DNA of 33,897 bases from Octopus bimaculoides. Lineage: Eukaryota. The position numbers and the translations under genes were made by a program. Positions within the stretch are counted from its first letter, which is position 1; each line of letters opens with the position of its first letter. Below are positions 20,655 through 33,562 of the stretch, in pieces. Location: assembly GCF_001194135.2 (NCBI RefSeq), contig NC_068989.1, positions 24,543,538 to 24,577,434 on the forward strand, written 5' to 3'. Under the pieces are notes generated by a model. It made no database searches and had not been told where the DNA came from. It saw only the letters and a list, made by a program, of their open reading frames with translations.

Positions 20655-21125
20655 AGCCTTGTCAGTCCGCCTCATGGTCTCAGAGGACAAAATAGAAAAG
20701 GTGTTGCGCCGGAGGATGGCGGGGGAGACGGGCTGGAACAGCCATTTTGACCAGGGAACTTTGCACTTGCGGATAGCCATCTCAGCCCTAATAGTAGTAA
20801 GGAGGGATGTAGTTAGGGACCATGAATGCTAGACCTCAAATCTATCAGAGTGGCCGATACTTTGGCATTTTGCCTTTCTCACATTGAAGAGCTGTGGAGC
20901 CTGGGCTGGCAGCTGAACACACCAGGTTCCCACTGATGAAGGTGCTGCAGCATGTGACATCGCAGATGAATGGTAAAATTGTCATGGCGTCTGACCTTTT
21001 ACTGTTTCCTCTATTCAGCCCCGTTGGCTCGAGTTGGGAGGGGAAGCCTGCGGCGTCTAGGTCATGTTTTATGATCTTGTTTTATTGAGCAAATAACAGG
21101 AATTGGAGTTCAAAATCGACCATAT
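20655..21125 (-). mobile_element. CRE-clade-like non-LTR retrotransposon 3' fragment (RLE endonuclease)
   Basis: Minus translation LDAAGFPSQLEPTGLNRGNSKRSDAMTILPF..DVTC.STF...KYR.L and terminal WLFQPVSPAILRRNTFSIL; GC-richer than the flanks. Confidence 0.65.
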
Positions 21126-21289
21126 CTTCTCTCATATCTGAAGCTTTGTGCCTATGTTAGAAAGCAATGACTCAGAACCATCGGAGTTATCTTTCATATT
21201 TACAGCAAAAATATGATGGAATATTTATAATGTTCTTTTATTCTTTTAGGTGTTTCAACCCAAAGGTTGTGGCCATGCAGGAGCACCAC

Positions 21290-23885
21290 CAGTGTTATCA
21301 CCTTTTCAGTGGCCATTCTTATGAGACTGGCATTTTGTGAAGGAGGCAGTTCAATATTGCTGCCCTCTTTTGAGTTTCTTGCTGTGATGTAGGTTCATCT
21401 GAGACCTTGGAGAGCAGGAGGTCAAGTTGTTTTTTGAAAACATCTACCCTCAACTCCATGTAAACCCCTAAGATGTTTTAGCATGGTATTAAATAGCTGT
21501 GGGTTCTAGGATCACAAACTATTGCAGTACATGGTCCACACTCTAGAAGGAATACCTGGAATCTTTGGAACAATGCAGTGACTTCTGGTTTGGGAGTTAG
21601 TATAGCTCATGATGCTCTTCCATATGTACATCACTGCATATCTCTCCTGTCTTTGCTCCAAGCAGTAGGATAGTAGCTCTTTCAGTCTCTCCCAGTAGCT
21701 CAGCTTTTCCGTTGATGCAATCTTCCTGGTGTAACACTGCTGAACTGCCTCAAGTTCCACTAGTAATTTGACACTGTAAGGTGACCACAGCAGAGAGCCA
21801 TAGTCCAGAGGGCTGAGGACAAATGTTTTCCAGAGAACCAGCATAGTTTCCTAGTCCCTTATTCTGAAGTTCACTTCCACATTACCATCATCTTGGTGAT
21901 GCGCATGTGAAATGAGGCATTGTGGCTTACATCAATCCCAGATCAACCACAGTACTTGACTCTGGGATTGCTGCTCCTTTGGTCTAAAATACCAGTGTGG
22001 CAGAATGTTAGCACAAGCCAGCTGATAGTGAAGGCTTGGAATTTCTCTGCAAGGAAGTGCATGCTGTTTTCTTCAGTCTATTTATATATGACATCTCTGT
22101 CTTTCTGTAGATTAAAATTCGAAGGTTCCTTCACTGCTTGTATTACTTTTGTGTCATTGGCATAGCTAGTAGGTGTGGATGTCTGTGTAACTGATGGCAT
22201 GTTCAAAAGAGCCATCATAAACAACAGCAGCTGCAAGACAGTTCCCTGAGGCACTCCACTCGTTATTACTATCTCCTTGGCTGTCACAACCTGAATTCTG
22301 TCTTTGTTTCACCACCTAGTCATAATGTTGCAGAAGCTGTGCAAGGCAGCTTCTTCCTGAGTGGAAACCATGCTGGGTGTCAAGGAGTAAATTATTATAT
22401 ATTCCATGAATGCAGTTTCCTTTGGAAAATGTCTTTCATGACTTTGCTGATATGGGAGGTTAGAGAGACAGGCCTATAGTATTATTAGCATCTACTCTGC
22501 TACCTCCTTTACGGATAGGACATAAGCCTTCCTTTAACTTTCTGAGAAGTCTCTCAGTTGCGGGGAAGCTCTGGAAGAGTATCTGTAGTGGTCTTGTTTT
22601 AGCCCCTTTGCAGTTCCTTAGGAGGGCTGCTGAGAATCCATCAGGGCTAGTGACTGAGTTTAAGTTCATTTCATCGATGGCTGATATTACATCAGTTTTT
22701 TCTATTTTGATGTTATCAATAATTGTCATCTCTTTGTGTAAAGCTGTGGTGCCAAAGAACTCTTAAGGTATAGCTATTTGCAAGTGCCCCAAAGGAGTTG
22801 AGGAAACAATATTGTAATGCACATTCAGTATTTCACTTATCGTCTGCAGTTGGTGAACCCTTACCTTGCACCGTACTGAAGCAGACTTTTTTTGCAAATC
22901 TTTAGAAGTCTTTAGGGTTTGTCTTTACATTTTTGACAACCCTGGCTTCCTTCTCTGCTATCTCCTTCTCAAGGAAATGTTTGAGTTCACTTTCAATCTC
23001 AAGCAGTGTTTGTTTGAGATAGGATTCTTTACTATCCTTTTATGACTCAGACGGTTTGAGATCTTTGCTTGTCATCTCATTAGAATCTTCCTATCCCTAG
23101 GAATGGTGTTTTTCTGTCATCATTCCCTCTGAAGTTATCTTACTGCATATGGCATGCATGATTGTCATAACGTTCTGTAGTTTTATGTCGATATCTTGTC
23201 TAGAGAGACTTGTAGATCAGTTTCATTCCATAACCACTTTATGCAAGTTCCAGATAGAAAGGAGTTGGGTGCTTCTTGTAGCCGAAAATCGTTGGTGTCA
23301 CCTTAACATCATGGATGAGTGTTGCATTATTTGCGAAGCAGAGATCTAGAATATTTTTACCCCTTGTTGGGTGGAGAACTATTCGCTTCATAAAGAGCAT
23401 GTCATGAGGTTAAGCAGAAATTCTGCTTGTCTCTGTTCATGCAAGTGACATACCTGAGAGAAGGTGGCCCTTAGGTCATTCAACATTATGGAGGTCAAAG
23501 TCTCCTAAAAAAAGTATGTGAAGGTTGTAACAAAACTGGGTAATACTTCTATCTTTGTGAGGCTCTCTTCGAATGAGTCCCCATGATCTGGAGCATCTGG
23601 TGGGCAATATGTAGTACACATTACTGTTTTGGTCAGTTTAATTTTTACTACCAGTGTAGGACAAACTAAGTTTGAATGTGACAGCAGGACCACAAGCATG
23701 ACATCTTCCAGGATGTATATTATCACCCCACCATGAATTTTTTCTCTCCTGTCTGTTCGAAATACAGCATACTTTGGTATGCATATCTCAGCATCCAGAT
23801 GTGTTTCTGTTAGTGTCATGTATATTGCTTGATTACATGCCACTAAGTCTTTCAGGTATGGGGTTTTGCATTGGTGGAGATTTAT
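21290..23885 (-). mobile_element. CR1-group LINE, disrupted ORF2 (APE and RT)
   Basis: APE: LTETHL, FRTDR..HGGVIIY, TYCPP; RT: DEMNLNSVTSPDG, SGVPQGTVL, YAND (for YADD); C-terminal LWKTFVLSPLDYGSLLWSPY...LE.VQ. Confidence 0.88.
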
Positions 23886-24465
23886 TATTTCATACTATTT
23901 TGGCAAGTATAAGTGATAACCCAGACGGTTTCTGAGCTAATGATATTAACATAAAGCTTTAGATACGCGAAGATACGATCGATTAAACGTTACTCGCTCA
24001 CAAAAGGGAACCAACTCAATTACAAAGATTCCTGCAGTTACTTCCCTTGCAACTTTTTCTGTCGCATTATCATAAGCCGGAGAGTTAGCTGGCAGAATCG
24101 TTAATATACCAGATAAAATGCTTTACAGCATTTCTTTCGGCTTTTCGTTCTGAGTTTAAATTCCGACGGGGCCGAATTTCAGAGTCAATAAAAGAAGGAG
24201 CGGTCGTGCACTGGCGTCAATCCGATCGATTAGCTGCCGACCCCTAAAATACCAAGCCTTGTGCCTATAGTACAAACAATTTTTTTCATTATAATAATGA
24301 AAAAAAAAAAAAGAAAAGAAAAAAAAAAGATATAATCTTTTATTATATAGTGCTTTAGTCATTGAATTGCGTCCATGCTGGGATACTGTATTGAAAGGTT
24401 TTGACTGAACAAATTGACCCCAGTACTTTTTAAATGCAGGTACTTATTCAATTGGTCTCTTGTGC

Positions 24466-24546
24466 NNNNNNNNNNNNNNNNNNNNNNNNNNNNNNNNNNN
24501 NNNNNNNNNNNNNNNNNNNNNNNNNNNNNNNNNNNNNNNNNNNNNN
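24466..24546. other. Assembly gap (81 N)
   Basis: Run of N. Confidence 1.
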
Positions 24547-24654
24547 ATAATGGTTGCCTAGCAATGATGGGGGACAGACACAGACATATATACACAAGAA
24601 TGCGAGCACACATACATACATACATGCATGCATATATGGCGGGCTTCTATTAGT

Positions 24655-24875
24655 TTCTTATTTCTTTATTGCCCACAAGGGGCTAAACATAGAAGGTACA
24701 AACAAGGACAGACAAAGGGATTAAGTCGATTACATCGACCCCAGTGCGTAACTGGTACTTAATTTATCGACCCCGAAAGGATGAAAGGCAAAGTTGACCT
24801 CAGAACGTAATGGCAGACGAAATACCCCTAAGCATTTCGCCCGGCGGGGTAACGTTTCTGCCAGCTCGCCACCTT
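24655..24875 (-). mobile_element. tRNA-derived SINE with Nin/Deu-type core (well preserved)
   Basis: Minus strand ggcgagctggcagaaacgtta...ttgcctttcatcctttcggggtcgataaattaagtaccagttacgcactggggtcgatgtaatcgac. Confidence 0.85.
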
Positions 24876-25220
24876 TTAGTTTGCTGACCAAATCCATTCA
24901 CAAGGCTTTAGTCAGCCCAAAGCTATAATAGAAGACACTTGCCAAGGTACAAAGCAGCAGGACTGAACATGCAACAGTGTGGTTGGGAAGCAAACTTCTT
25001 ACCACATAGCCAAGCCTGCACCAATCATTTTTTAGAATATTATTGGTTATTAAGCAAATGTCTTTTTCTTCACCACAGAAGCAGTTCTAATGCCTACCAA
25101 TTTTATATTTGATACAAGTTGGACACTTCCCCAAGTTGCAATGAAGATGGACTGAATAGAAGACCACATGAATGGGAAGCAAGTTTCATAACCCCACTGT
25201 CATATATATAAATATATATA

Positions 25221-26481
25221 CAAGGGTTAGACAAAATAATGGAAACACCTTAAAATTTAAAACAAATTTATTTTAATATGGAGTAGGACTGCTTTTGGCA
25301 GTAATTACAGCTTGAATTCTATGAGGTATGGACTCGTACAAAGTTTGAATTGTTTCCAAAGGAATTTTTGTCCATTCTTCAGCTAAAACAGTCTCCAGTT
25401 CTTGTAGTGATGATGGTGGAGGATATCGACTCCTTACTTGTTTTTCTAAAATGCACCCTAAATGTTCAATAATACTGAGATCTAGGGACTGTGGTGGCCA
25501 GATAAGATGTTCAACTTCACTAGAATATTCCTCGTGCCATTCAGTTACAACTTTAGCTGTGTGAATTGGTGAATTATCATTCTGAAAGATTGCGTGCCCT
25601 TCCGGAAACAGTTTCGCAACCATAGGATGAATTTGATCCGATACAATTCTTAAAGTCTTGACTATTAATTCTGCCATGAAGGGAAACCACTGGGCCAGCG
25701 GATTTCCAAGATATAGCCCCCCAGATTATCACAGATCCTCCTCCATGTTTAACAGTTGAAAGAAGGCAGTCTGGGTCAAATGCTTCTTTTGGCTGTCTCC
25801 ACACGTATACTTGGCCAGTGATCAGAAATAAGGTAAAGGATGACTCGTCCGAGAAAATAACATTCTTCCACTGCTCTAGGGACCAATTCTGTAGGGTAGT
25901 ACTCCACTCTAAATGCTTTGTAAGGTTTATTTTTGAAAGTAGTGGTTTTCTGATTGCAGCCCTCCCGTGAAATCTGGCTTTGTGCAACTCCCAGCAAACA
26001 GTTTTGTGGAAACTGGGTTCTCGAAGTGGTCATTAAGCTCTGCAGTTATTTTGGGAGCTATACTTTTGTGACCCTTTCTAACGATTTGCATAAGAGTCTG
26101 ACAGTCCCTATCTGAAAGTTTTAGTTTTCTTCCGGAGTTTTGTTTCGACAAGGAATTTTATCCCTCTTTCTCAAAGGCTGTCATTACTTTCCAGACAGTA
26201 CTTCTTGATACACCAAACATTTTGGCTGTTTTTGTTATGCTAGCGCCAGCCATATGAGAACCAACAATTTGACCTCTTTGAAAGTCCGATAGATCTGTGA
26301 TTTTAATGAATTTTAATTACCTTTTTCTGATGATATCTGAAAAGAAACAGCAATTTTAGCAAAACATATTAAGCAACACTAATAATAAATCAAAAAAATA
26401 AAAATAAACAAGATTTTGACAGTTTTATAGATATTTCAAAATTATGATGCTAGGTGTTTCCATCATTTTGTCCAATCCTTG
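25221..26481 (-). mobile_element. Full-length Tc1-like transposon with DD36E spacing; frameshifted transposase
   Basis: 30-bp TIRs caagggttagacaaaataatggaaacacct / aggtgtttccatcattttgtccaatccttg, TA on both sides, 1261 bp; ORF pieces 25927-26151, 25577-25987 and 25273-25677 carry FSDES, FQNDNSPIH, DLSIIEHL. Confidence 0.92.
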
Positions 26482-27410
26482 TATGATGAGGTTGTGTTGC
26501 AAGAAGTTTGCTGCATAACCACTAGGTCTCAGGTTCAGTTCCACTGCACAGCAGCTTGGACAAGTGTATTCTACTATAGCCCCAAGCTGACCAATGCCTT
26601 GTGAGTAGCTTTGGGAGACGGAAACTGAATTTTTGAATTTGGGCTTTAGTAGCATTTTGCACCTGGTACAATTTTGCTCTGATGCATCTTAGGTGGAGGA
26701 TTGAATGCTACTCATCTCCCATTTTCATTAACAATTTGTCTAACCAGTTTTAAATCTGCATTTATGTGGAATTCTTCTGAATATTTTGCAGCACTTGTAA
26801 AAAAAATCCCCTTTCCAGTATCTCTTGTTGTAGTAGTGGTGACTGCAGTGGGTGGTGGTGTTTGCATTTCTTTCAAAATTTTCTTTGTTTTCTTTTCTTC
26901 TTTAGATTTGTTATTGGTATTATTATTGTTGTTGTTACTGGAATTGTTGAATGTGTTGTTGAATTGTAGATTTGCTGAATGTCAAATATTTTGAAGCTGC
27001 TAGCAGACAAAAATGTCTTACCTTCTGTGTTTGTTTTCACTGGTGTGGCGATGATGTCATTTACTGTGGTCAATGCTACATCAGTATTCTTTTGCTCTTT
27101 GGACAAATAATGTGTCCTGTCATTGAACATTATAATTAGTTCTTTCTCCACTGCATTTCAAAGTATTTGGAAAATACCAAAATATCTGCTTTTTTCTGAT
27201 AGCTTAAGAAGGCTTTAAAATATTGATGTGTACCCCTTGCAAATATGGATTGTCTCTAAACAGAAATGCTACTAGTGCAGTCCAGGCAATGTTTAAAACA
27301 AAACTGTATCAATTAAAATGAATGAATGAGGCCTTAACAAGCTGAAAAATTGAAAACACTCTTATGACTTACAGAGCACCAAGTTTTCATCTCTTCCCAG
27401 TACGGCAGCC

Positions 27411-27458
<48 letters not shown>

Positions 27459-27459
<1 letters not shown>

Positions 27460-27976
27460 GATGGTATAAACACACGCCAGAAAAGGTCACAGAAACGAGA
27501 AAGCGACCATACTCTGGGATATGCCAATACACACAGATAGAGAAATTAAGGCAAATAGACCAGATATAGTTGTCAAAGATCATGAAGAAAAAAAATGCTT
27601 TCTAATTGATGTATCAATACCAGCAGATGACAACGTTTCTCTAAAAGAAATGGAAAAACTTTCAAAATACAAAGACCTGGAAATAGAGATAACTCGAATG
27701 TGGAATCTAAAAACAGAAACAATTCCTATCATAGTAGGTGCCTTAGGTATAATAAAAAAAATATTCAGACAAATACATAACAAAAATACCAGGACTTACA
27801 AATATATATAACATACAGAAAATTGCACTACTGGGTACTGCACACATTCTATGCAAAACACTTTCAATACAGTAAACATAAGAGCACCACAGCAAACCAC
27901 AGCACATACCCAAGGCGCACAGAGCTGCGCTCGGTAGTGAAGTGAAAGCACGTTATAAAAATAAAACTACTGAACA
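27459..27976 (+). mobile_element. R4/Dong-like non-LTR retrotransposon, 5'-truncated, inside (TAA)n
   Basis: ILWDMPIHTDREIKANRPDIVVKDHEEKKCFLIDVSIP..KEMEKLSKYKDL (PD..D/E.K RLE motif); (TAA)n on both sides. Confidence 0.9.
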
Positions 27977-27999
27977 ATAATAATAATAATAATAATAAT

Positions 28000-30248
28000 G
28001 AAAATAAAACTAATAACTGACAATTATGAAGAAAAAGAGCAAACAGTAAATGCTGTAAAGCAACTGAAATCTAAACTAAAACTGGAACAACAAAGTATTA
28101 TGATAAAATGAGAGCAAGAAAAGCCCTTACATGGCAAATGCTGTGATAAGCTAAACAGAAAAGGAATAAACAAAGTAAAATCCCAACAATGGTTAAGAAG
28201 CTCAGGACTCAAAGCAGAGACAGAAGGATTTTTAATTGTAGCACAAGGTCAAAGCCTCCCCACCAGAAACCACCAAAAGCACATAATGAAGAAAAATATA
28301 ATAAGAAGAATATTATTAGCCCAGTCTGGGCTAAGAAGGAATACATCAACACCATGCTACAACAAACAGTTGGAAAATGACTGTTAAATGATGACATTGA
28401 TGATGTGACATAGCAGAGTAGGGACCTATATACACCAGAAGCTATGCCAACACTTTGGAATGGCAACAGAAAAAAAGATGGTATAGGCATATCCCAGATA
28501 CGGTATCAGAAAATGATAAAGCAACCATGCTCTGGGATATGTCAATACACACAGATAGAGAAGTCAAGGTTAATAGAATGGATATACTAGGGGTGTTCAT
28601 TAAAGATTTCTCCTGATGCACTTCTGATTATTGCAGGAAATGGAACTTGTACAGGTATACATGACTCTACATGTCACCTTGCAAATTGCAGCTTTCCACT
28701 AGTATTCGTTTGTCTTTTATGGCTGCTGAAGTGGACTAAGGTGTTATAATGGAGGCAGTTGAATTCATATCAGCGATCAGGTTCTTATACTTGAAAGGTT
28801 GTACACTAAAAGAGACTTTCAATGAGATGAAAGAAGTTTATGGTGATGATGCACCATCATACGACCTCAAGCACTGGCAATGCCAGTTCAAATGTGGTCG
28901 GACATCAGTGTAAACTGCTCCTATTCCTAGACGACCATATTCCCTCATTGATGATGAAATGATCTGTAAAGTAGAAGCTGCTGTTTTTGAGGACTGCTGC
29001 ATAACTATTCGGCAACTAGCCTAAGAAGTGAAGATAAGTGTAGGGTCCATGGAAAAAATCATCCATGACCATTTGCACATGCGTAAGTTGTCTGCACGAT
29101 TGATTCCACGAAGCAGAAATGAGTCAGTTGCTCCCAGGCTCCTTTGACAATGTGCCAAAAAAATGAGGAGGATATTTTTGGCAGACTTATCACACAGGAT
29201 GAAACATGGGTCCATCACTATGATCCTGAGACTTAAGTCCAGTCGAAGCAATGGAAGCATGACAACTCACCACTTGCAAAGAAAGCTCATGTCCAACCCT
29301 TGGCAGGCAAGGTAATGCTTAGACTTTTGGGACCAGCTTGGAGTAGTGATGATAGATTTTCTGGCAAAAGGCACCACAATTAAAGGGGTATATTATATTT
29401 CTCTGCTGCAGAAATTGCGAGATATCATAAAAGCAGAGAGGTGTGGCATGCTGATCAGAGGAGTCCACCTCCTCCAAGACAACGCCCCAGTTCACAATGT
29501 GTATGCTGCCCAGATGAAAGCACACTCCTGTGGCTATGAAATCCTTCCTCATCCCCCTTACTCTCCTGATCTTGCACCATCTCACTTCTACCACTTTCCC
29601 ACCATAAAATCTTGTTTGAAGGGGAAGCACTTTTTGGATGATGATGAACATATTTCTGATGTAAAGTCTTGGCTCCAGAAGCAACCTACCAATTTCTACA
29701 CACAAAGTCCTAACAACTGCATAAAGCAACGAGAGAAGTGACACTGTTGGTGGTGGTTATGAAGAAAAGGACTAATAATTATGCCAAGTTTCGTTTACCC
29801 CAGTCTTTGGGGAATGGGTCAGGGGAAATCTTTAATGACCACCTCTTGTAATTATCAGAGATTATCAAGAAAAAAAAAATGTCTACTAATCAATGTATCA
29901 ATCCCAACAGATGACAATGTATCTCGAAAAGGAACTCTCAAAATACAAAGATCTGGAAATAGAGATAACCTGAATGTGGAGCCTAAAAACAGAAATAATC
30001 CCTATAATAATAGGTGCATTAGGTATAACTAAAAAACATTCAGACAAATATGTACCCAAAACACCAGGACTTACAAATATATATAACATACAGAAAATAG
30101 CACTACTAGGCACTGCACATATCCGACGTAAAACACTTTCAATACAGTGAAAATAAGAGCGCCAAAACAAACTACAGCACATACTCAAAATATGCAGAGT
30201 TGCACTTGGTAGCGCAGCGAAAGCACATGATAAAAATAAGACAACTGA
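28000..30248 (+). mobile_element. Second R4/Dong-like copy, interrupted by a mariner
   Basis: LHGK..QWLRSSGLKAETEGFLIVAQGQSLPTRN, MLWDMSIHTDREVKVNRMDI|IIRDYQEKKKCLLINVSIP; same 3' UTR as the preceding copy, followed by (AAT)n. Confidence 0.85.
28587..29848 (+). mobile_element. Full-length mariner (DD34D) transposon, transposase pseudogene
   Basis: TIRs ctaggggtgttcattaaagatttctcctga / tcaggggaaatctttaatgaccacctcttg, TA duplication at 28585-28586 and 29849-29850, 1262 bp; QDETWVHHYDPE, LQDNAPVH, HPPYSPDLAPS(H) with the third Asp mutated. Confidence 0.92.
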
Positions 30249-30259
30249 ATAATAATAAT

Positions 30260-30468
30260 AATCCTTTCTACTATAGGCATAAGGCCTGAAATTTTTGGGG
30301 AGGGAACCAGTTGATTACATTGACCCCAATGTGTAACTAGTACTTAATTTATTGATCCCAAAAGGATGAAAGGCAAAGTCAACCTTGGCTGCAATTGAAC
30401 TCAGAATGCGAAGACAGATGAAATACTGCTAAGAATTTCGCCGAGTGTGCTAACGATTCTGCCAGCTC
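30260..30468 (-). mobile_element. tRNA-derived SINE with Nin/Deu-type core
   Basis: Same family as 24655-24875; between (AAT)n tracts. Confidence 0.8.
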
Positions 30469-31040
30469 AATAATGATAATAATAATAATGATAATAATAA
30501 TAAGCAGAAGTTACAGAGTGATTCAAAGGCCCCCTCAACCCCTGAGTCACTCTATAACTTCTTTTATCTTTTATGTTTTTATTTGTTTCAGTCAATAGAC
30601 TGTGGCCATGCTGGGGCACTGCCTTGAAGAATTTTTAGCCAAATGAATTGACCACAGTGCTTTTTTTTAAAGCCTGGTACTTATTTTATCAATCTCTTTT
30701 GCTGCACTGCTAGGTTATGGAGATGTAAACAAACCAACACTAATCAAATGGTGGTGGTGGGGCAGTCTCACACACACACACACACACATTCACATGATGA
30801 GCTTCTTTCAGTTTCTGTTTACCAGATCCACTCACAAGGCTTTGGTTGGCTATAGTAGGCTATAGTAGAGGTCATTTGCTCAGGGTGCTATGCAGTGGGA
30901 TTGAACCCAAAACCATGTGCTTGGGAAGCAAGTATATTACCATAAAGCCACACCTATTAATAAGAATATATATATATATATATATTTTGAGCTCTATTTT
31001 CCTGTTTGCATTACCAAACCTATATGTGTATATGCAGTAT

Positions 31041-31109
<69 letters not shown>

Positions 31110-31425
31110 AACACACACACATGTATACATGACAGGCTTCTAGTTTCTGTCAACCAAATTCAGTCATAAGGTTTTGGTCATCCTAAGGCTACAGAACAAG
31201 ACACTTTCCTGATTAAAAGAGAACACACGGAAACACATGGCTGGGAAGTAGACTTCTTAACCACTCTGCCATTTAAGAAAAATGTCATTATGCAAAAATG
31301 AGATGATAGCCATCATTCCCCAAACGGTAAGATATTATGTCATTCTTGTTCAAATGTCTAGTTATAACTAATGTTGTTATGGATGCATGACTGCATGTAT
31401 GGGAATGTGTATGTGTGTGTGTGTG

Positions 31426-31459
<34 letters not shown>

Positions 31460-31462
<3 letters not shown>

Positions 31463-32547
31463 AATATCTATAAAAGTGAAGTTTTCTGTGTTTGTGTACA
31501 AAAATTTAATGCACCTCAATAACTTCTACATCTTTTATCCAATTTCTTAAAAATTTTATACACAGCTGCTTCATATCCCAGACCCGAATATAGGATACTT
31601 AAATTTTTAAGAAATCAATATTGGGGCCTTTAGAGCAATAGGAAACCAACAATAGATGATTCTTATTCATTTGCATTAATCAGCTGTTTTATAATCTGCA
31701 GGGTCTTCCTTACTTTTTTGATCTTTTTATAAGAGTGAAAGGATTTTGTCTATTTATTTATTTATTTATTTCCACTGTCCACCAGCGATGGTGATTGAGT
31801 TGACTAGGAACACTGAATGCATACATTTCCACAATTCTCAACTGATTTTCACCAAACTTGACTCACACATTACTTATGTCCCAAGGATGGTCATGCACTA
31901 AACATTTTGCCCAGAGTTTTTTTGTATGTAGGGTCTTCCATAAATTTTTAATCTTTTAACAAAAGTGAAAGTATTTTGTCTATTTATTTCGACAGTCCAC
32001 CTGCCATGGTGATTAAATTGACTAGGAACATTGTATGTGATGAATATCCAATACCAAACAATTTTAATCTTCATATTTAAACTGCATTAAACTTTGGCAA
32101 GCATACCTTTACCTATTCTGAGTTACTTGAAGGGTGATGTTCCCTTCCCTCTCTTCTATTTGTTGATACCTTTGTTTACCTACCAATGTGTTGTTTCACT
32201 TTAAGGATGCTTATTTACCCATCCATTATGATATTTTGACTATTGTCCATTGTTTCAAAGGTGGAGTTATGATGTAAGAATGTGCTAAAACCCCTCATGA
32301 CTTTTTTATTTTCATAAATTTTCACAAAATGTTTTTGATTCAGTCTTCTGCATAATGGAACTGATATGATTATGTAAAAAAAAAAAAAAAGAAAAAAAAA
32401 AATTTAATCCCCACCAATTTAAAAAAAAATTTGTGGTTTTAAAATATAGGCAGTCCAAATCTACCATTCATTTCTCTTTATCATTTCCAAATAGTTTCTT
32501 AAATATTTCAAAATCAAAATTGTGTAAATATGAGTGCCAGAAACTAG
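31460..32547 (+). mobile_element. Probable non-autonomous Helitron with internal sub-repeats
   Basis: Starts TCTAATATCTATAAAAG at the end of (AT)n, ends CTAG before T; no TIR or TSD; internal unit repeated at ~31725 and ~31955. Confidence 0.55.
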
Positions 32548-33562
32548 TTAAAAATTAAGGAAATAGATTTTTGGGACATCTCTTATTATGACTGACTTTT
32601 ATTCCATTATTCTAATATCTTCTGAAACATACATATACATGTATAAATGGATACAGACACATATATAAATATATACACACACACATACATTTTCAGAGTT
32701 AGTTTTATATACATCCATGTATATATATATATAAATATTTCAGCATATCTACACAATTGTGTCCCAATGATTTGCTTCTTCATAACTTTGAGAAAATGAA
32801 ATATTTCTTAATGAAATTTTCTACAAATATGCTACAGATCTTTGTTTTTTGTTGTTGCATAATTGTATTAATTCCATTCTTCAGAAGACAGAGTGGAAAA
32901 AAATTCGTAAAAATAAAAAAGTTATGACTGGATTTAGCACATGCTTACATCATAACTCTGCCATTTCTAATACGTTTTAGCATTGTCATTCTAGCCTTTT
33001 TTAAACAATCACATAGGATGCATCCCAAAGAATCAACCTTTAAATAAGAGTTTTGCTTCCACTAGCAAAAGCTATACATATCTTTCAGAAAGCTCCATAC
33101 CAATTTAACTTTATGAAGCATTTGCTGTTAGTTTATGTGCAGGCTATGTGGAGTGACAGAATAAAGGGGCTTTTGTTAGCTTATTTCTTCAAAAAAAATA
33201 GGTCCCTTTGCTGTTGAAAAAAATAAACTCGCAGAGGTGAAGTTTCAATGGCTTCCTTCAATTTCATTACATTATTTATGTGGCTGTCTCTGACAAGAGA
33301 TTTTGCTTTCATGTAAAACAACTATATTTTGTAGTCATTATCTGTAATCTACTCCCAAAACACTTCAGTAGCTCTTTGCATCACTTGAAAACTTATATGT
33401 TCTATGATCATTAAAGTGCAATGATCTCCACAATGACCAGCTTTCAATTTGATTTTCCATTCCTAGGTTAATCAGAAACATATATTGCCATGCTACTCAT
33501 AAACCTTCTTGGGAGTTCAAATATTTGGTGAAAAAAATACCACCAAAGCAACTTAGACCATC

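Noticed and set aside
23925-24000. GAAACCGTC and GATCGTATC words resembling hammerhead stem III
   Set aside because: No CTGANGA core in the right position.
25093-25152. 54-nt AG..GT-bounded segment ending ATT G
   Set aside because: The frame compatible with the next exon encodes HLHCNLGKCPTCIKYKI, which is not LRR-like.
26640-27300. Thr-rich minus-strand ORF-like stretch (26873-27151)
   Set aside because: Broken by stops and frameshifts with no motif I can name; possibly a retroelement 5' region, but unsupported.
667-31169. Numerous ORFs with poly-L, poly-N, poly-I, YIYI or HTHT runs
   Set aside because: Translations of (AAT)n, (AT)n, (AC)n and (GAT)n microsatellites or antisense frames of transposons.
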